DNA of 64,000 nt from an uncultured Actinomycetes bacterium. Its GTDB lineage: Bacteria; Actinomycetota; Actinomycetes; Nanopelagicales; Nanopelagicaceae. Position numbers and translations under genes: made by a program. The stretch is taken from NCBI GenBank assembly GCA_903852585.1, contig CAINRG010000033.1, forward strand, positions 5,633 through 69,632. The letters run 5' to 3'. The notes under the pieces are model-generated. The model worked only from the letters and a program-made list of their open reading frames with translations. It was not told the DNA's origin and did no database searches. Shown piece after piece: positions 60,121 to 64,000 of this stretch. Numbering within the stretch: position 1 is the stretch's first letter; each line of letters opens with the position of its first letter.

Positions 60121-61325
60121 TACAAGGGGATTCCGAAATATCGAGCAGCAGTGTCAACATCCTTATCACCACGACCGGAGAGATTAATCAGCAAAGTGGA
60201 ATCTGGACCAAGCTCGCGACCGATTTTTATCGCACCAGCAAGAGCATGTGCAGTTTCAATTGCAGGAATAATTCCTTCAGTCTTTGAAAGAAGTGAAAAT
60301 GCCTGCATCGCCTCGTCATCAGTAATTGCTTGATATTCGGCGCGACCGATATCGCTGAGATAGGCATGTTCAGGTCCAACGCCTGGATAATCTAGACCAG
60401 CCGATATCGAATGCGATTCGACGGTCTGTCCGTTTTCATCTTGCAAAACATAGGAACGAGTTCCGTGGAGAACACCTGGTGTTCCTCCGGTAATCGTTGC
60501 CGCATGCTTTCCGGACGCGACTCCGCTTCCGCCAGCCTCTAAGCCGATCAAACGTACAGATGTATCGTCAATAAATGGATGGAAGATTCCGATTGCGTTC
60601 GATCCGCCACCTACACACGCTAAAACTGCATCAGGAAGTTTCCCTGTCAATTCAAGAACTTGAGCGCGCGCCTCTACGCCAATAATTCGATGGAAATCTC
60701 GAACCATCGTGGGGAATGGGTGAGGGCCTGCAACTGTACCGAGTAGGTAATGAGTCGTATCAACGTTTGTGACCCAATCTCGCATTGCTTCGTTAATTGC
60801 ATCTTTAAGTGTTTTAGAACCCTGCGTCACCGGAACAACATCTGCGCCAAGCAATTTCATTCGCGCGACATTGAGAGATTGGCGCTTTGTATCTTCCTCG
60901 CCCATATACACAACACATTCAAGACCCATGAGAGCTGCAGCTGTTGCGGAAGCAACTCCGTGCTGACCTGCACCGGTTTCAGCGATAATTCGCTTCTTTC
61001 CCATGCGCTTTACAAGAAGTGCTTGTCCGAGAACGTTATTAATCTTATGGCTTCCAGTGTGATTGAGATCTTCGCGCTTAAGGATGATGCGCGCTCCCCC
61101 AGCATGTTCTGCAAAACGTGGGACCTCTGTAATGATGCTTGGACGACCCGTGTAAGTCTTGTGAAGATGATCAAGTTCGGCAGCAAAAGTGGGGTCAGCC
61201 TTCGCTGATTCATATGCTGCTGTGAGCGAATCGAGCGCTTCAATAAGCGCTTCAGGTACAAATCGTCCACCGTAAGGACCGAAGTGACCAAGAATCTCTG
61301 ATTGCTGAGAAGAATTCACCGTCAC
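60120..61325 (-). CDS. trpB: tryptophan synthase beta chain
   Basis: 401 aa. PLP-lysine context [11 protein letters not shown] and GGGSNAIG. Confidence 0.96.
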   Translation of the reverse strand: MTVNSSQQSEILGHFGPYGGRFVPEALIEALDSLTAAYESAKADPTFAAELDHLHKTYTGRPSIITEVPRFAEHAGGARIILKREDLNHTGSHKINNVLGQALLVKRMGKKRIIAETGAGQHGVASATAAALMGLECVVYMGEEDTKRQSLNVARMKLLGADVVPVTQGSKTLKDAINEAMRDWVTNVDTTHYLLGTVAGPHPFPTMVRDFHRIIGVEARAQVLELTGKLPDAVLACVGGGSNAIGIFHPFIDDTSVRLIGLEAGGSGVASGKHAATITGGTPGVLHGTRSYVLQDENGQTVESHSISAGLDYPGVGPEHAYLSDIGRAEYQAITDDEAMQAFSLLSKTEGIIPAIETAHALAGAIKIGRELGPDSTLLINLSGRGDKDVDTAARYFGIPL

Positions 61326-62128
61326 AAAGTACCAGTCTGCTCAGTGCTCTTGTGAGTGCGACCAAGAAGCCGCCCAATAGCGTGCTCTGGGTCACCAGAT
61401 TTTACGAGAGTTTCCCCTACAAGAATTGCTTTGCCTCCGAGAGCTTCAATGTGTTCAACTTCATCTCTGGTCGAAATGCCAGACTCGGCAACTTTGAGAA
61501 TCCCTTTAGGAATAAGTGGAAGTAATTCATCGAAGACTCTGAAATCTAAATCTAAGGTTTTAAGATTTCGTGAATTTACACCGATAATTTTTGGATTTAA
61601 GTCAAGGGCTCTTTCGAGCTCTTCGTGGTTATGGACTTCAACCAAAATATCCATGCCTAGCTCTGATGACATTTGATAAAAATCGCTGTATTGACTTTGG
61701 CTGAGGCCAGCAACAATAAGAAGTATGAGATCGGCTCCTATGATGCGCGACTCAAGGACTTGAAATTCTGTCACAATAAAATCTTTACGAAGAAGTGGGA
61801 TCTCGATAGCAGATCGAACTTCATTAAAATCTGTAATCGAACCCTTGAACCGTCGCTCTTCGGTGAGAACGCTCACAACTGCGGCACCGCCTTTTTCATA
61901 ACTCTGTGCCAATTTTGCTGGACTTGGAATCTCTGCCAATGCTCCCTTGCTTGGAGATGATCGTTTAACTTCAGAAATCACTTGAGTTCCGGCAGCTTCA
62001 AGAGCTGCAAGCGCTCCCCGCAACGAGGGTGCCTCCGACAGGCGATCACGAAGTTGACTCAATGGCACCTCACGTCGCTTCACATCTTCGAGAACACCTT
62101 CGATAATCGATTGAAGAACGGTGCTCAT
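61322..62128 (-). CDS. trpC: indole-3-glycerol phosphate synthase
   Basis: [10 protein letters not shown] motif. I prefer ATG 62128 ([12 protein letters not shown]), which has GGGGGAGGA 10 nt upstream and an ATGA overlap with the micro-ORF stop. The track start is 62164. Confidence 0.92.
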   Translation of the reverse strand: MSTVLQSIIEGVLEDVKRREVPLSQLRDRLSEAPSLRGALAALEAAGTQVISEVKRSSPSKGALAEIPSPAKLAQSYEKGGAAVVSVLTEERRFKGSITDFNEVRSAIEIPLLRKDFIVTEFQVLESRIIGADLILLIVAGLSQSQYSDFYQMSSELGMDILVEVHNHEELERALDLNPKIIGVNSRNLKTLDLDFRVFDELLPLIPKGILKVAESGISTRDEVEHIEALGGKAILVGETLVKSGDPEHAIGRLLGRTHKSTEQTGTL

Positions 62129-62271
62129 AGAGAGGGATCCTCCCCCTCGTTTAAGGCGCTCCACGGCGTTGATGGCTTTCGTTCGTATTTTGATGGGCCA
62201 CGCTTTCGGTTCATGCGCATCAAGAGATATCCCAAAATAATAAGTGCGGCGATAAGAATTGCGATACTCAT
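62125..62271 (-). CDS. 48-aa single-pass membrane micro-protein, translationally coupled between trpE and trpC
   Basis: Hand translation: [48 protein letters not shown]. Its ATG overlaps the trpE TGA (ATGA) and its TGA overlaps the trpC ATG (ATGA). Below the ORF-track size cutoff. Confidence 0.6.
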   Translation of the reverse strand: MSIAILIAALIILGYLLMRMNRKRGPSKYERKPSTPWSALNEGEDPSL

Positions 62272-63761
62272 GCTTCCAGTGCTTTCATTGAATTTGCAGT
62301 CGCGATTGCACCCAGAACTGCAGCAGCTTTATTTCGACATTCAGCTTCTTCGCTTTCAGGAATAGAATCAGCGACGATTCCTGCACCCGCCTGGACGTAT
62401 GCTTTCCCATCCTTGATCACTGCTGTGCGAATTGCGATACATGCATCAATATTTCCCCGAAAATCTAGGTAACCAATAGTTCCGCCATAAATTCCACGCC
62501 GGGTTGGTTCATTCTCTTCAATGATTTCCATGGCGCGAGGCTTGGGTGCGCCAGAAAGAGTTCCGGCTGGGAAAACTGCATACAAAGCATCTACCGGGCT
62601 CTTCGTCTTGCTGAGTTTTCCTACAACGGTCGAAACAATATGCATAACATGTGAATATCTCTCCAAATGCATGAATTCAATAACTTCTACACTTCCTGGC
62701 TCACATACTCGACCAAGATCATTTCGACCCAGATCGACGAGCATCAAATGTTCGGCGCGTTCTTTGGGGTCTGCGAGAAGTTCTACTCCGCGCTCAGCGT
62801 CAATTTCTGGATTATCCGAACGTGGACGGGTGCCGGCGATGGGGTGGATCATCACTTCTCCATCGGTAATTTTAACGAGCGCTTCCGGGCTTGATCCAAC
62901 AATGTCGAGACCATCGTGAAAGCGGAAGAGATACATATAGGGACTTGGATTCTGAAGTCGAAGAGCGCGATAAACATCGTATGGCGATGCCGCGCAATCC
63001 ATCGAAAAACGCTGAGAGAGAACAACTTGAAATGCCTCCCCGGCTCTGATCTCCTCTTTGATGAGATCGACCTTTGCACAATATTCTTCAGAGCTCATAT
63101 TTCTATCAAAGTGAACATCTGGCTTGGAAGTCGGAAGCGTGATGTGGGATGAAAGTGGGGCGCTCGCCAAAACCTTCATCTTATCGATACGTTCGAGTGC
63201 ATCTTCATATGCTTCATCAACCCGGTCATCGCTTCCATCCCAATTGATTGCATTGGCGATGAGTGTGAGTGAGCCTTCGTAGTGATCGTAAACGGCAAGA
63301 TCGGATGTCAGCATGTACGCAATTTCTGGTAGTTCAACATCTTTGACTCCCATGGATGGAAGTTTTTCCAGGCGTCGAACAATTTCGTAGCCCATATAGC
63401 CAACAAGACCGCCAGTGAGCGGACCTAACTCTGGGATGTGTGGGGAACGAAGGTGAGCTGCAGTGATTCTGACTGCTTCGAGTGGGTCAATTCCATGAGG
63501 TGCACCAGCTGGAGCATTTCCTATCCAATGGGCAACTCCATCTTTTTCAGTCAATGTTGTTGAACTATTTACACCAATAAAGGAGTAGCGAGACCACACT
63601 CCGCCGTGCTCGGCCGACTCCAAAAGAAAAGTTCCAGGGCGATCATTCGCAAGTTTTCGATACAGCCCTAAGGGAGTTTCGCTGTCGGCAATAAACTTTT
63701 GCGCAACAGGAATAACGTTGTACCTTCTGGCGAAGTCACGGAATTCTTCACGAGAAATCAT
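62268..63761 (-). CDS. trpE: anthranilate synthase component I
   Basis: 497 aa. LESAEHGG (Trp feedback region), [24 protein letters not shown]. Confidence 0.95.
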   Translation of the reverse strand: MISREEFRDFARRYNVIPVAQKFIADSETPLGLYRKLANDRPGTFLLESAEHGGVWSRYSFIGVNSSTTLTEKDGVAHWIGNAPAGAPHGIDPLEAVRITAAHLRSPHIPELGPLTGGLVGYMGYEIVRRLEKLPSMGVKDVELPEIAYMLTSDLAVYDHYEGSLTLIANAINWDGSDDRVDEAYEDALERIDKMKVLASAPLSSHITLPTSKPDVHFDRNMSSEEYCAKVDLIKEEIRAGEAFQVVLSQRFSMDCAASPYDVYRALRLQNPSPYMYLFRFHDGLDIVGSSPEALVKITDGEVMIHPIAGTRPRSDNPEIDAERGVELLADPKERAEHLMLVDLGRNDLGRVCEPGSVEVIEFMHLERYSHVMHIVSTVVGKLSKTKSPVDALYAVFPAGTLSGAPKPRAMEIIEENEPTRRGIYGGTIGYLDFRGNIDACIAIRTAVIKDGKAYVQAGAGIVADSIPESEEAECRNKAAAVLGAIATANSMKALEA

Positions 63762-64000
63762 GGTTGCACCTCGCGATGAAAGCAGCTCTGTTCGCCGGTA
63801 TGACAGGCTGCACCCTTTTGATGAACTTGAAGAAGTAGCGCATCACCATCACAGTCGTAACTCATGTTCACAAGTTCTTGAGTATGCCCGGAAGATTCAC
63901 CTTTTACCCAAAGAGTGTTTCTGCTTCTACTCCAATACGTGACTTTTTTTGTTGTCAACGTTTGAGTAAGGGAGTCCTTATTCATCCAAGCAAGCATCAG
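63758..64000 (-). CDS. hisI: phosphoribosyl-AMP cyclohydrolase (C-terminal part; the 5' end lies beyond the window)
   Basis: [13 protein letters not shown]...[20 protein letters not shown]...[11 protein letters not shown]...[12 protein letters not shown] is the HisI signature. ATGA overlap with trpE. Confidence 0.9.
   Translation of the reverse strand: MMLAWMNKDSLTQTLTTKKVTYWSRSRNTLWVKGESSGHTQELVNMSYDCDGDALLLQVHQKGAACHTGEQSCFHREVQP

Overview
This window is a dense, almost gap-free stretch of core chromosome from an actinobacterium. I call 59 protein genes: 57 from the ORF track, partial argD at the window start, and one 48-codon ORF, the last two translated by hand. There is also one tRNA. 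I found no rRNA, CRISPR, IS/transposase, integrase, prophage, toxin-antitoxin or recognisable defence genes.

Genes in coordinate order (most are on the minus strand, so they are transcribed right to left):
- argD (partial), argB, argJ, argC
- pheT, pheS, a TrmH-like methyltransferase, rplT, rpmI, infC
- fabI (InhA-like), fabG (MabA-like)
- DUF3099 (+)
- sufT, sufU, sufS, sufC, Rieske, sufD, sufB, sufR
- ctaA, tkt, tal, pgi (+)
- rbpA, secG, tpiA, pgk, gap
- whiA, yvcK, rapZ, uvrC, uvrA, uvrB, coaE
- rpsA
- MFS transporter (+)
- polA
- PaaI-type thioesterase (+)
- livF, livG, livM, livH, livK
- pdtaR, tRNA
- pyk, gltD, gltB
- VIT-family transporter
- lgt, DsbA-like protein, trpA, trpB, trpC, micro-ORF, trpE, hisI (partial)

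The actinobacterial assignment rests on hallmark genes (RbpA, WhiA, PdtaR, SufR plus a suf operon with an embedded Rieske gene, a MabA/InhA-like pair, DUF3099) and on block-wise colinearity with M. tuberculosis Rv1420-Rv1660, recalled from memory. GC looks mid-40s percent by eye. Many neighbouring genes overlap by 1-4 nt and four convergent gene pairs overlap at their stops. Together this suggests a streamlined, possibly aquatic acI/Nanopelagicales-like lineage, but that is inference only.

I see no convincing novel multi-gene system. The observations most worth a second look are:
1. A 73-nt tRNA with a Leu-type D-arm, A73 and anticodon CAA, but only a 5-nt variable loop.
2. The only possible pdtaR start codon, which lies 1 nt after that tRNA.
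3. An unlisted 48-codon membrane micro-ORF with ATGA overlaps to both trpE and trpC.
4. A perfect 13-6-13 palindrome plus U6 between pheT and argC that looks like both tandem ARG boxes and an intrinsic terminator.
5. A 9-bp in-frame tandem repeat inside lgt.
6. A C-tract-rich livK leader containing an anti-SD-like sequence, next to the ANTAR regulator.
7. A probable AUC start for infC.

All calls come from reading translations and sequence by eye. No searches or folding programs were run, and several start codons are judgement calls.
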